Positions 24,469 to 34,135 of a stretch of 64,000 nt of DNA are shown here, piece by piece. Numbering within the stretch: the stretch's first letter is position 1; each line of letters starts with the position of its first letter. The position numbers and the translations under genes are program-made. Origin of the DNA: a virus. The stretch is taken from the IMG/VR virus record IMGVR_UViG_3300024261_000028, positions 1 to 64,000 of that record. One strand, given 5' to 3'. The notes beneath the pieces were generated by a model. That model ran no database searches, had not been told where the DNA came from, and was given only the letters and a program-made list of their open reading frames with translations.

Positions 24469-24663
24469 CTATTTAATCCTTTCTGTCTTTAATAATTTGA
24501 TTTCTTCCTCATATGTAAGGCCTTTTACTGTGCAATCACACCAGTCACCATTTCCTTCCATACAGTAACCTATACCATCTACACAGCCATGTAACATCAT
24601 ACCATGGTTACATTTTTTACATACATCCATTATCCACTCCCTATTATATTGTGACAGGCACAA
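24469..24663 (-). CDS. Cys-rich protein (64 aa)
   Basis: ORF track; CKKCNHGMMLHGC...CMEGNGDWCDC. Confidence 0.45.
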   Translation of the reverse strand: MCLSQYNREWIMDVCKKCNHGMMLHGCVDGIGYCMEGNGDWCDCTVKGLTYEEEIKLLKTERIK

Positions 24664-25275
24664 CTACATTTAATCAGTCCTCCATATAATATAGGGCAAC
24701 TTCCATGTGAGTTGTTTTTACATGCTGGATATATCATCTTGAACCTTTCACAAAGGCAACTATTGCACCTATTACCATTGCAACAACCAAGAATGGTATT
24801 GCTTGCATTAATTCATTCATACTTATATTAAGTGTTCATATAATATATATCTATTGGCAAAATATCATAAGTCCGTATACTGTACATACTTCCAGGGCCT
24901 TACTATTCATGTAGTCTAGGCGAATAATAGCCTCCTCCAGTAGTCGTGCTGCTATCTTGGCTGCTTCGAGTGGGTCCAACCATGTCATTAGTGAAAATAT
25001 CATCTCATATCCTCACTACAACGTGGGCATTTCAATACACCTTTATGATATCCACACACACATTTAAGATTGTATCTAAACACGTCATCCTTGTTTATTT
25101 TTATGTATGCATATATCAATACAGAAACTACCGTACCTAGTACAAGTGTCAAAAGAAAACTCATGACATGACACCGTCACTACAATCTATAACCGCACCA
25201 CAGTTGGGACATATCTGATGACAGACAGTCATCTTGTTCATTGTAAATTGACATCTGTCACAGTCCATAATACTG

Positions 25276-25641
25276 TTACGTGATATTTTTATTTAAGTTT
25301 GTCCTCTCTGATGAGTGTTCGAAACCTGACTTTAGTTTTCTGTTATGTTTTGTTTTCATTCTTGGTAGAAAGTTACAACATGGACATCTGAGATTTGCCT
25401 TCATTGATTCCTTCTTCATCCATACACCATGACCTGTACCACATTTGCTACAAAATACATGTGTTTCATATCTTCTTCCTCCGCCTCTTCCAAGTCCTTT
25501 AACCATTGGAAAGTCTGCAAGTGCAGAACATATTCCCTTACAATATCTTATCTGTGTGTTGAACCCGTTCATACTGCCTTTGATAGGTTTACTTCCTTTT
25601 GTGATTGGTTTATACATGATAGTATATAGTGATATACCCAA
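25276..25641 (-). CDS. double zinc-ribbon protein (121 aa)
   Basis: ORF track; CKGIC...CSKCGTGHG...CPCCN. Confidence 0.5.
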   Translation of the reverse strand: MGISLYTIMYKPITKGSKPIKGSMNGFNTQIRYCKGICSALADFPMVKGLGRGGGRRYETHVFCSKCGTGHGVWMKKESMKANLRCPCCNFLPRMKTKHNRKLKSGFEHSSERTNLNKNIT

Positions 25642-25672
25642 TATAAATGTAAAAAAAAAGATACTAGTTGTA

Positions 25673-26092
25673 TTATTTTTTACTGATTAATATCAACTGA
25701 TCTACAAATTTGCTTCGAATTTGTCCACGAGTTTGATCTCCTGCTGGAAGAGTGTATAATTCTTCTACAAGTACATCTGCTGCCTTGACATATTCTTTTA
25801 GTTTTTCTGATGCAGTGTTAATTGCTGCAGAAACTTCTACTTCGGGAACCTTCAGTGTGACGTCTGCTCTAGGTGTGAATGGTTTTTTGAATCCTGTGTT
25901 AAATCCACCACCAGATGTTCTTGGAGTGATCTTACCACCTTGTTCTCTGAAACATTCATCGTCTATACACATGACGCTAAACCCTGCGGAGTTCTTAACA
26001 TCCTTGTCCCAGCTGGCTTGATCTCCAACGGCCCAACCTTTCTTACATTCTGGACAAGTACCGGCTCGTTTAGCAACTAGTTTAGTGCCCAA
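25673..26092 (-). CDS. hypothetical protein with N-terminal zinc ribbon (139 aa)
   Basis: ORF track (TTG start); CPECKKG...CIDDEC. Confidence 0.5.
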   Translation of the reverse strand: MGTKLVAKRAGTCPECKKGWAVGDQASWDKDVKNSAGFSVMCIDDECFREQGGKITPRTSGGGFNTGFKKPFTPRADVTLKVPEVEVSAAINTASEKLKEYVKAADVLVEELYTLPAGDQTRGQIRSKFVDQLILISKK

Positions 26093-26156
26093 CTTAATCG
26101 GTTCCTCTATGTTGTTTTGTCATTAGTTTTATATAGTTGAACCGACATATAAATCT

Positions 26157-26609
26157 ATGGGAATACATTTTCACACAGAAAATTTAAACAAGAATTTATA
26201 CAGACAGATGATATTTAGCATACTTGCATACAATCATAAAAACGCTTACGATTTTATAACCTTCTGGGATGTTCATATATGGCCACTACAGTCAATGGAC
26301 CCAAAATATCTTGACGGATACAAGTCAACCGAGGGCAACAAGGTTAACTTTAAAATGGCATGGGGAATCACAGGCAAGAACAGAATAGACTTGTACCTGA
26401 ATGATACAAACAATACATTCATTGCGAGAGAAAATAGTACAGTACTGCAGCATGAAATATGTCATGCATTGTTGTTTGGTACCCCACATTTTGTTGACGG
26501 TGTACATGACAACCAGAAAAACATATACCCCATTGAGTTTTGGTATTGGAGTAAATGGAGATATCGCAAGTTTAGACTGTGGTGTATTGATATTAGAGAT
26601 TTATTATAA
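26157..26609 (+). CDS. HExxH zinc-metallopeptidase-like protein (150 aa)
   Basis: ORF track; LQHEICHALLFGTPHFVDGVHD; plus-strand island in a minus-strand region. Confidence 0.55.
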   Translation: MGIHFHTENLNKNLYRQMIFSILAYNHKNAYDFITFWDVHIWPLQSMDPKYLDGYKSTEGNKVNFKMAWGITGKNRIDLYLNDTNNTFIARENSTVLQHEICHALLFGTPHFVDGVHDNQKNIYPIEFWYWSKWRYRKFRLWCIDIRDLL

Positions 26610-26645
26610 GATAAGATTTATATATATCAGGAACATTAATAATAC

Positions 26646-26912
26646 ATGCCAAAGAAAAGAAAGGAGGGAACAGCAAATACCACAATATCAGTCAGTTGGA
26701 GTGACAAAAATAAGATGAGGCGACTGGCAAATCTTAGAAAGACAACCAAGAATGGTGATGTTTATGAGTCAGATAGTGTAATATTTAATAGAATTCTAAG
26801 ATATTATATAGATCATAACCCTGGAGAGGTAAAATCAAACACAACTATCACTTACCCTGTGAAGACCTCAAATAGGCCCGTAAAGACTCCAGATGAATCC
26901 CAGCAAAGTTAA
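26646..26912 (+). CDS. ribbon-helix-helix (CopG/Arc-like) DNA-binding protein (88 aa)
   Basis: Basic N-terminus, beta-strand TISVSWS, helices KNKMRRLANL and SDSVIFNRILRYYIDH. Confidence 0.5.
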   Translation: MPKKRKEGTANTTISVSWSDKNKMRRLANLRKTTKNGDVYESDSVIFNRILRYYIDHNPGEVKSNTTITYPVKTSNRPVKTPDESQQS

Positions 26913-27333
26913 AATTTCTTCTTACCCATACTATATCTACTCTAGGTGTTAGTTTTCTCATTGTTTTTTTATGTAATGCTATTAGGTTATCCCCGTTTAC
27001 CCTATATATACCGTTAATCTGATTTACTGCAAGCTTGCTGTCACTGTATATTATAATACTATCCCTTGGATAAAACTTTCTTGCGTACTCTATACCATAT
27101 ATTATTGCTAGATATTCCAAGTCATTATTGGTAGTGGCCCCCTTTCGTCTCTTTATTATATATTTATGACGTTGTTGGTCATACAAGCATATTACCATAC
27201 CTCGAGTGCCACCATCCACATATAATTTAATCACTGTCTTTAGTATGTTTATTAGACGTATAAATCTTACGGCATAAATTCCCGCAGTAAATTCTTTGAC
27301 GTCCTTTATATCTATCAGGCAGAGTGGTACCAC
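26848..27333 (-). CDS. rnhA: RNase H (type 1)
   Basis: LYVDGGTRG, NNDLEYLAIIYGIEYA, IIIYSDSKLAVNQI match the D-E-D core; the last acidic residue is not obvious. Confidence 0.7.
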   Translation of the reverse strand: MVPLCLIDIKDVKEFTAGIYAVRFIRLINILKTVIKLYVDGGTRGMVICLYDQQRHKYIIKRRKGATTNNDLEYLAIIYGIEYARKFYPRDSIIIYSDSKLAVNQINGIYRVNGDNLIALHKKTMRKLTPRVDIVWVRRNFNFAGIHLESLRAYLRSSQGK

Positions 27334-27406
27334 AATTAATACAATGTTTAGTTTCTGATCTTCGTCCCATTAACTGCTTTAAGTATGGCTTGATATATAA
27401 GTGTAA

Positions 27407-29365
27407 CTATTTACTCAATCTTTCTATATCTTCTTTTGAGGCCAATCTTGGGCCATATCTACTATTACTTTTGTTGATAATTGATTTCTTTTTTTCATCT
27501 TCATTGTATAATGAGTTATTAGTTCCTGGTGTACCTGTTGTAATTGATCCTCCGTTTCCTTCTTTATTCATAATACCAATGTTATTTTCTCTTTCTTGCG
27601 CATTACTTCGTTCATCACTCATTTCTTTACTACTCATGCCATCCCAACTTGGAGTTTCGTCATTTTTTATATCTTTTTTCTCTATTCTATCTTTAATATC
27701 CTCTGGTGTTTTTTGTTGATGATTATGATCAAATTCTTTACCTTGAACTTTTGGTCTTTTCTCTTCATAGTCATCTGGTGCATCGAACGGTGTGTCTGTT
27801 ACTACTCCTCCTGGTGCTCCGTGTTCTACATCTGATTGTTTAACTTCTGATAATCTATTAGCAACTGTTTGTCCTGGTTTAGCGTCATACTCTCTCTTTG
27901 CTGATCTTTCAGCACTTATGTTACGTTGTTTTCTTGGTGCAGATGCGTCTGCTTCTGCTTGTGAACCAAATGGTCCTTTACCAGAATCACTGAAAAATTT
28001 TGTTCCTCCTGGTGGTGCAACTGCAGGTTTATCTCCAGGTGATCCACCTGTACCTTCAATTTTACCAAATCCTAGACCTTTAGGTGTTGATGATTCTACT
28101 TTTATCTTAAATGAATCTTTTGAACCTAACTCTCCACCTGAATCAGTGTTATGTGAATTATGTTCATTACTTCTAGGGTTCTGTGCTTCTTTGTCATCAG
28201 GTTCTCCAAGGTGATCCCTTGGGAACTTTACTTTGTTAAGGTTATTTCTAATTCTATAAATTGCTACTGCTATATCACCATATGATTTTGATTTGTCTAA
28301 TCCTGTTGCAAATGTGACACCTTCATCTTTCTTTGGACCTGGTGCATTTGTTGATCGTGCTGCTGCTGCATCTGCAAATCTTCCTGAATCTTCACCTACT
28401 GGTTTTCTTTTAGATTCAGGTATTGGTTTTGCCTTTGGTTCAGTTTTATTTCCACCTGGTGTGAATGTTCTTGATCGACCTGTGTTTAATTTATTTCCAG
28501 TGTTTCCAATTAATATATTTCTTTCTCCAGTTGGAGTCATAGTTTGTCCTTCTGGTTTTCTTGATGCAGTACCTGGCATTTTTTCACCTGGTTCTCCTCT
28601 TGATGTTGGATTTGTCTTTTCTACATCACTTGCAAATGTGACACCTTCATCTTTTGGCTTTTTTGCAGTTAAAATATCAAGTCCTGATTGAGGCATATTT
28701 TGAATTCTCTTTAATCCTTTATCACCTTCAGTTTTTTTACCTGCATTTATAGCAGCATTCATATCACTTGGAGTTAATTTAATTTTTTTATCATTTGTTA
28801 CTTGTTTAGTCTGTTTAGGAGAATCTCGTTCTTTAATTTGTTTACGTGTTAATGGTTTTTTATCTTGTGTTGCTCCTGCTGGTGGGCTCTTTACTCCGTA
28901 TCCTACTGATACTGATCTTGGTGATAATTTTAATACATCTTTAAGGTTAAGTGGTAATTCACTCCATTTTCTGTCTACAAAATGTAATGGTTCTTGTATA
29001 TTTGACTTGTGTAATGATGCCATTCTGGTTTCATGATTCATTTGGTCCCATAATTGGGTCATGATGCCACTACTGATAGTGTCTCCTGGAGAATGGGTTT
29101 CTCCTGCATGCATTCTGTCATATGCATTTGACTCTTCATTATATATTGTAAGAAATGCACCTTCTTTTAACACAACTGTTCCTGTTCCTCTTGCATATGC
29201 CACAGTATCTCCTACTTTAGTATGTTGAATTCTTTCTAAATCGTCGCCTTTACTTGATTTCTTCTCAAATGATTCTGCTTCTTTAACTTTTTTAGGGTTA
29301 GTATTGATATTTTGTGTAGGTTCATCTTGGTTAAATGCTGTATCTAGACCTATACCTGATGTCAT
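27407..29365 (-). CDS. large low-complexity (Gly/Pro/Lys/Thr/Asp-rich) protein, 652 aa
   Basis: ORF track; internal repeat KKPKDEGVTFASDVEKT / GPKKDEGVTFATGLDKS; own TATA box; antisense ORFs rejected. Confidence 0.7.
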   Translation of the reverse strand: MTSGIGLDTAFNQDEPTQNINTNPKKVKEAESFEKKSSKGDDLERIQHTKVGDTVAYARGTGTVVLKEGAFLTIYNEESNAYDRMHAGETHSPGDTISSGIMTQLWDQMNHETRMASLHKSNIQEPLHFVDRKWSELPLNLKDVLKLSPRSVSVGYGVKSPPAGATQDKKPLTRKQIKERDSPKQTKQVTNDKKIKLTPSDMNAAINAGKKTEGDKGLKRIQNMPQSGLDILTAKKPKDEGVTFASDVEKTNPTSRGEPGEKMPGTASRKPEGQTMTPTGERNILIGNTGNKLNTGRSRTFTPGGNKTEPKAKPIPESKRKPVGEDSGRFADAAAARSTNAPGPKKDEGVTFATGLDKSKSYGDIAVAIYRIRNNLNKVKFPRDHLGEPDDKEAQNPRSNEHNSHNTDSGGELGSKDSFKIKVESSTPKGLGFGKIEGTGGSPGDKPAVAPPGGTKFFSDSGKGPFGSQAEADASAPRKQRNISAERSAKREYDAKPGQTVANRLSEVKQSDVEHGAPGGVVTDTPFDAPDDYEEKRPKVQGKEFDHNHQQKTPEDIKDRIEKKDIKNDETPSWDGMSSKEMSDERSNAQERENNIGIMNKEGNGGSITTGTPGTNNSLYNEDEKKKSIINKSNSRYGPRLASKEDIERLSK

Positions 29366-29386
29366 ACATAAATATAGACTACAGTA

Positions 29387-29394
29387 TATATAAA
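29387..29394 (-). promoter_or_regulatory. TATA box for gene starting at 29365
   Basis: TTTATATA on the minus strand, 22-29 nt upstream of the ATG. Confidence 0.5.
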
Positions 29395-29533
29395 GTTTTA
29401 TAAAAGAAGAAGAGATTATTGCGTCTAATGGTACTGCAATATATCACTTTTACCACCGATCAGAATGGCTTCCTTAGTTGTGATCTTTAGAAAAACACAC
29501 AACATATACTATATGGTGTACACCTAATATAAA

Positions 29534-30985
29534 TCACCCCATAATATTCTTCCAGCCTTCACCATGCTCCACATAATACCATCCATCACCGAATGATACT
29601 GCGTTACATGCCAGGGCTAGAGCGTCTGCATGGTCATCTTTTGTTCCTTCTTCTACTTTTACTTTTAATTTCCCCTCCTCTGTATAGGCTCTCTTTAGGT
29701 ATGACAGTTGATATAATACTCTCTTGTCATCCTGTGGTACCACTATCTTCTTGTTCTCGAATATCATTCTTATATTGCTATACATCTTGGATTTTTCTGA
29801 TAATGAGAAAGTGATCCCCCGAATAGGGTATTCTCTACGTCTTGCAAGATCTACCACACCACCACCAAGACCTGTCTCGTCTATATATATAGTCTCAAAC
29901 GGATATTTTTGCATCAACTCACCTATTCTTCCAACTATATCAACCAGGTTTGATTGTGACTCTTTTTCATACTCTACTACCCTGATCTTGTTGTCCTCAT
30001 CTACTTCTATGATCATAAATACTGTCTCATCTCTTCCACTCCTTGCAACATCAAGTCCCATAAAGTACCTGGTTGCACCTACTGGTTTCCATGTCCTGTT
30101 ATGTGCTGCCATCAACAAGTCAAATGGTATAAGTGAGTCACCTATATCGAGGAACTCTCCCTCTACCTCTTGTGTATATTCCTCTGCAGATAATGATTTA
30201 ACTTGTTCCAAGAATAATGGGTCATTTGCAATCTTTGGGTTATCTACTGATCTTACATGAAATTCTTTCCATAATCCATCTGGGTTTTTAGGACGTGACT
30301 GTTGACTTGACTCATAGAAATAACCCTGCTTTCCAAACGGTGTTGATGTAAGCCATACGTTCGCCTGGGTTGCCATACCGGATGGCAGAAATGCAACCAT
30401 TATACTTCTCTTGATGAAAGCACATTCGTCCGCAATGATAACATGTGGAGAATAACCTCTCAATGTTACACCAGTCTCACCTGTTGCTCTTACAAATATT
30501 TTAGTAATACCTCCTTTGTTTAACCACTGTATCCACATCTCAGTCTGTGTACTTCTTACAACATATTTTGACAAGAAATCACTGTTCTTGATCAGTGTTC
30601 TAATTCTGTCAAACATGATACTTGCCTGGTTTTGTGTAGGTGCAGCAATGATAACAACTGCTTCCTTCTTCTCTCTTGCATCCTTGCTCATGATAGGTGC
30701 AAAGAAACTCCAATGTATCGCCTTTACTGCAGTGGTCATAGTCTTGCCGGCCTGACGCCCTGATCTATACACTATAAATCTCTCCTTGCTGTCTGCATAG
30801 TCTGCATTATATTTGAACAGTTTGTGACCCAACATGACCTCACTAAACTTAGATGGACTCTTTGCCATGTCTGCAACCATCGTCATGAGTTTTGCACGCT
30901 TGTCTGTAATATCTTTAGGTGGTTTAGGCATCTCCCTTGAACTCCAGTTGTCTAAACAACTCTTCCAAGTCACCATTTTCGTCAA
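29534..30985 (-). CDS. terL: terminase large subunit
   Basis: Walker A SGRQAGKTM, Walker B VIIADECAF, nuclease motifs MGLDVARSGRDETV, IYIDETGLGGG, DDHADALALA; the real start may be the ATG at 30931. Confidence 0.9.
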   Translation of the reverse strand: MTKMVTWKSCLDNWSSREMPKPPKDITDKRAKLMTMVADMAKSPSKFSEVMLGHKLFKYNADYADSKERFIVYRSGRQAGKTMTTAVKAIHWSFFAPIMSKDAREKKEAVVIIAAPTQNQASIMFDRIRTLIKNSDFLSKYVVRSTQTEMWIQWLNKGGITKIFVRATGETGVTLRGYSPHVIIADECAFIKRSIMVAFLPSGMATQANVWLTSTPFGKQGYFYESSQQSRPKNPDGLWKEFHVRSVDNPKIANDPLFLEQVKSLSAEEYTQEVEGEFLDIGDSLIPFDLLMAAHNRTWKPVGATRYFMGLDVARSGRDETVFMIIEVDEDNKIRVVEYEKESQSNLVDIVGRIGELMQKYPFETIYIDETGLGGGVVDLARRREYPIRGITFSLSEKSKMYSNIRMIFENKKIVVPQDDKRVLYQLSYLKRAYTEEGKLKVKVEEGTKDDHADALALACNAVSFGDGWYYVEHGEGWKNIMG

Positions 30986-31433
30986 ATGATTTCTTTTCTG
31001 TTACTGTAATTTTGCTTCCCAGTTCCACCAATAATTTTGCAATGTTAAGGAAAGCATTCTGCTGACTGATTGAATTTCTGTCTGGTATATTGCCGTCCAT
31101 TTGGGCCTGTACCAATGCAAGGAACACGTTCTCTCCCATCTCTTTTGCCATTGTGTCCAGCAGCATCTTTAAATCTTCCGGATTCCTAGTGTTGATCTGG
31201 TCCAAAAAATTCTTGATATCCTTTCGTACGGCACAAGCGGCACCCTTCTCATACTTGGGGCACCGTCCGTTTCCTCCTTCCTCTTCAGATCTATAAATAC
31301 ATTTATCGCACTCGGCAGGTAGTTTTGCATATTTTAAATGCTTGGCACTGTTATAGGGTGATACCGTTTTATGTTTATTTATTTCTACCTTGTTGTCTTT
31401 GGTGATTCTAAGTGATCCCTCCTTCTTAACCAT
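30924..31433 (-). CDS. putative terminase small subunit (169 aa, with Cys cluster)
   Basis: Position immediately upstream of and overlapping terL; CDKCIYRS...GRCPKYEKGAAC; call by position only. Confidence 0.4.
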   Translation of the reverse strand: MVKKEGSLRITKDNKVEINKHKTVSPYNSAKHLKYAKLPAECDKCIYRSEEEGGNGRCPKYEKGAACAVRKDIKNFLDQINTRNPEDLKMLLDTMAKEMGENVFLALVQAQMDGNIPDRNSISQQNAFLNIAKLLVELGSKITVTEKKSFDENGDLEELFRQLEFKGDA

Positions 31434-31455
31434 GACAATAAATGGTTCAAAGATA

Positions 31456-31463
31456 TATATAAG
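31456..31463 (-). promoter_or_regulatory. TATA box for the packaging operon (start 31433)
   Basis: CTTATATA on the minus strand, 23-30 nt upstream of the ATG. Confidence 0.5.
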
Positions 31464-31475
31464 TTAATCGTATTT

Positions 31476-32231
31476 TTATAATTTAAAATTATCCTCATAA
31501 CATCCTAAATCATGGAACATTGGCATATAATATAGTACTAATGGTGCCAGTGTCAATGCTGAATTATCACCATCAATCAAATCCTTTGGATCAAGTCCAG
31601 CCTTGCTTAGATATATAAGGTTCTTTTGACATGCCAACTGTATATATGTCCTGTTATTCTTACCCTTCTCTCCGAATAATAACTGTTGTCCTTTCCATAC
31701 ATCTGTTTTTCTTCCCCTTACACCGCTTGTCCATGTAGTACTGTCTATACTGTCAACAATACAATTTCTATCCTTGGTCCATCTGCCTTTTGCCAATCCA
31801 TGATATGAATAAGTTTGTGGCAGTTGTCTTAACTGTGTATCCTCACTGTTTCTACTTTGTGACTTGCCTAATGCTATCCTATTCCCATTATAGTTTGGTT
31901 TGAATATTGACAGTGATTGTGCATAGTTTTGGTGTAATATAGGTATTAATTTCTTGTTATATTCTTCCCCCTCTTTCCAGTTTTTATAGTTTCTAAGTGC
32001 GTCATTTGGATCGTCATATTGTAATGCCTCGTGATCCCAATCCTGTATAAATTCATGATATTTATCTTTGTCACTGCCAAATCCTGGACCCAGTATTATA
32101 TTGTCAAATCCGTTAGACAGTTTGTTTGCTCGTTCTCCTACAAACTTATATGTTAACATTATGTTCTTTGCACCAACTCTTCTTAATGCTGATATCTGTG
32201 ACTTGTTATTGGCGTTAAAATAGAACTTCAT
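31476..32231 (-). CDS. hypothetical protein; weak resemblance to TGT/DpdA-type transglycosylases (tentative)
   Basis: ORF track; YHGLAKG...IVDSIDSTTWTSGVRGRK loosely parallels TGT-family LMGVG...GVDMFDCVxPTRxARxG; no search possible. Confidence 0.3.
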   Translation of the reverse strand: MKFYFNANNKSQISALRRVGAKNIMLTYKFVGERANKLSNGFDNIILGPGFGSDKDKYHEFIQDWDHEALQYDDPNDALRNYKNWKEGEEYNKKLIPILHQNYAQSLSIFKPNYNGNRIALGKSQSRNSEDTQLRQLPQTYSYHGLAKGRWTKDRNCIVDSIDSTTWTSGVRGRKTDVWKGQQLLFGEKGKNNRTYIQLACQKNLIYLSKAGLDPKDLIDGDNSALTLAPLVLYYMPMFHDLGCYEDNFKL

Positions 32232-32555
32232 TGTTCAATCCTCTTGAATGCCATAGTCACCATACATTTTGAACATATGGTTGAGTCTCCTCTGAAAGGA
32301 TATGTCATGCCCAATTTCCAGCACCTGTCGCACAAGTTGTCACTCATTTTTTACCTCTTCTCCACATGTCCTACAATATGACTTTGAATCCTTAAAGAAG
32401 AAGTTAGGATGTTTACAGTTATTCATCTTTAAATCCTTTTCTCTTATATTCTCTAAGGTCTGGTGGTAGTGTTAATGATCTTAGATGTTCCTCCATTTTT
32501 GATAGTAACTCGTTTGTTTGTTGTAGTTCTGCATATATTTTATTCATTATACGAA

Positions 32556-33314
32556 TCATTTTTCATCTCCAAAACACTGATTAATCCAGGGGCACATACC
32601 ATCACAAAGGAAACATCTGGTTCTTTCAGGTAGTTTTTTAGTTTTAAGTGAATCTTTTATTGCCCTAGCGTTGGTTATCATCATGTTGAGATATTCCTCT
32701 GGTTTACCAAGCTTGTATGTTATGGGGACTGGTATGTCCCTTTTCTCCTTGCTTATGCTGTTGCTGATGTAAATATTGCAGCCCCTTTTAGCATCCCTTC
32801 CGTAGCATTTGTTAAGTAATACCCTGTAGCAGTTGATCTGGGTAATATGTGATTCGCTTGCCTTTGATGTTGCCCTGCTGAAATAATCTATTGATCCTGT
32901 GGTTTTCTTGTCTATAATAACAAGTTCACCGTCTACCTCTAACAGGTCGTCTGCACTGCCATATATAATATCCAAATGTTTAGGGTCATCTGGTTTCATT
33001 TTCTTTGCCTCTTCATATGTAACATTCTTATCTTCCTCATAATTATACCCGAAAAATATTTCGTTGTCGTCTGGGTTTGTTGACAGGTTGGTAACCTTAT
33101 GTACTGCCTGACCATAAAACATTGATTTCATATCCTCTGTTGTCATCTGCTTGTACTCATGTGGTACAAACTTACCATACATTACATTTCTCATACATGG
33201 TTTGATAAGATCTGACACATGTATTACTCCTAATCTTTCCGTACCCATTGCAACCATTTGTGATTTTCTGTATGCAAAGTATGCCTCCTTGTTTACGTCA
33301 CTATTGAGAACCAA
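32556..33314 (-). CDS. Cas4/RecB-like PD-(D/E)XK exonuclease with Fe-S cysteines
   Basis: N-terminal Cys (IKPCMRNV), GQAVHK, DDLL...VIIDKKT, QINCYRVLL, C-terminal CFLCDGMCPWINQC. Confidence 0.85.
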   Translation of the reverse strand: MVLNSDVNKEAYFAYRKSQMVAMGTERLGVIHVSDLIKPCMRNVMYGKFVPHEYKQMTTEDMKSMFYGQAVHKVTNLSTNPDDNEIFFGYNYEEDKNVTYEEAKKMKPDDPKHLDIIYGSADDLLEVDGELVIIDKKTTGSIDYFSRATSKASESHITQINCYRVLLNKCYGRDAKRGCNIYISNSISKEKRDIPVPITYKLGKPEEYLNMMITNARAIKDSLKTKKLPERTRCFLCDGMCPWINQCFGDEK

Positions 33315-33490
33315 TATCTTTGTCCTCTACCACATACATACTACTACATTTATTACATTGATAAATCAGTCCGTCATCTTTTATTAGATCAGGGTCGATG
33401 AAACATCCCCAATTACATTCTTTGCATCTATAATTAAAATCCATATTAATTAATAGTTAAATGCTGTATATAAATCTATATGTAATTTTA

Positions 33491-34135
33491 TTATTTAATA
33501 CCTATCCAACAATTAACTGAAAATCGCCCTCTATTAAATTCCTTTGGGGATGTTGTTGGTAATACAGTGTGTGGTATTCTTGATCCAAATATTACTGCCA
33601 TATTGTTTTCTGGTTCTATTGTTATTAATTCCGCATTATTATCTACTGGTTTACCTTCGTATATTGGTGAATTTGTAAATTGTATTTCCCCTCCATTGTA
33701 TTTTTTTGGTTCTTCATTAAAATAATAAACCATTGTAATTAATCTTGAATCACCATTAAATGAATCTATATGGTATTTATAAAACTGACCGTCATCTCCA
33801 TATCTGCTTACCTGTGTTTCATGATAGTTTGATTTGCTGAATAGATGTATTGGATATGGTGAACTGATGAGTGTTTGTTTAAATTTATCATTTTTAAACA
33901 AAGTGTCTATGATATCAAGTAATTTAGATTTTGATCTATCATGATCATATATAATATCATAATATGATGTGTTATTATTTCTGAAACTTGATTCCTTTCC
34001 TTTACCTATAACTGAATGTTCAAATTCCTTTTTATTTTTAACTGCCTCTTCCAATATTTCCTTATTTTCTTTCTTTGTGAAAATATCTCTTATTATAATA
34101 ATAGGTACAGGGTCATATATAAATTCAAACTTCAT
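33491..34135 (-). CDS. 2OG-Fe(II) oxygenase (prolyl 4-hydroxylase-like)
   Basis: HxD (YKYHIDSF), distal His (RIPHTVLP), Arg (GRFSVNCW); ATGA overlap with the upstream gene. Confidence 0.8.
   Translation of the reverse strand: MKFEFIYDPVPIIIIRDIFTKKENKEILEEAVKNKKEFEHSVIGKGKESSFRNNNTSYYDIIYDHDRSKSKLLDIIDTLFKNDKFKQTLISSPYPIHLFSKSNYHETQVSRYGDDGQFYKYHIDSFNGDSRLITMVYYFNEEPKKYNGGEIQFTNSPIYEGKPVDNNAELITIEPENNMAVIFGSRIPHTVLPTTSPKEFNRGRFSVNCWIGIK

Noticed and set aside
26848-26912. 65-nt convergent overlap between the RHH gene (plus) and the RNase H gene (minus) as a regulatory antisense arrangement
   Set aside because: It is real in the ORF track but could simply reflect relaxed C-terminal extensions of either ORF. 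There is no supporting structure or motif, so it is too weak to report as a finding.
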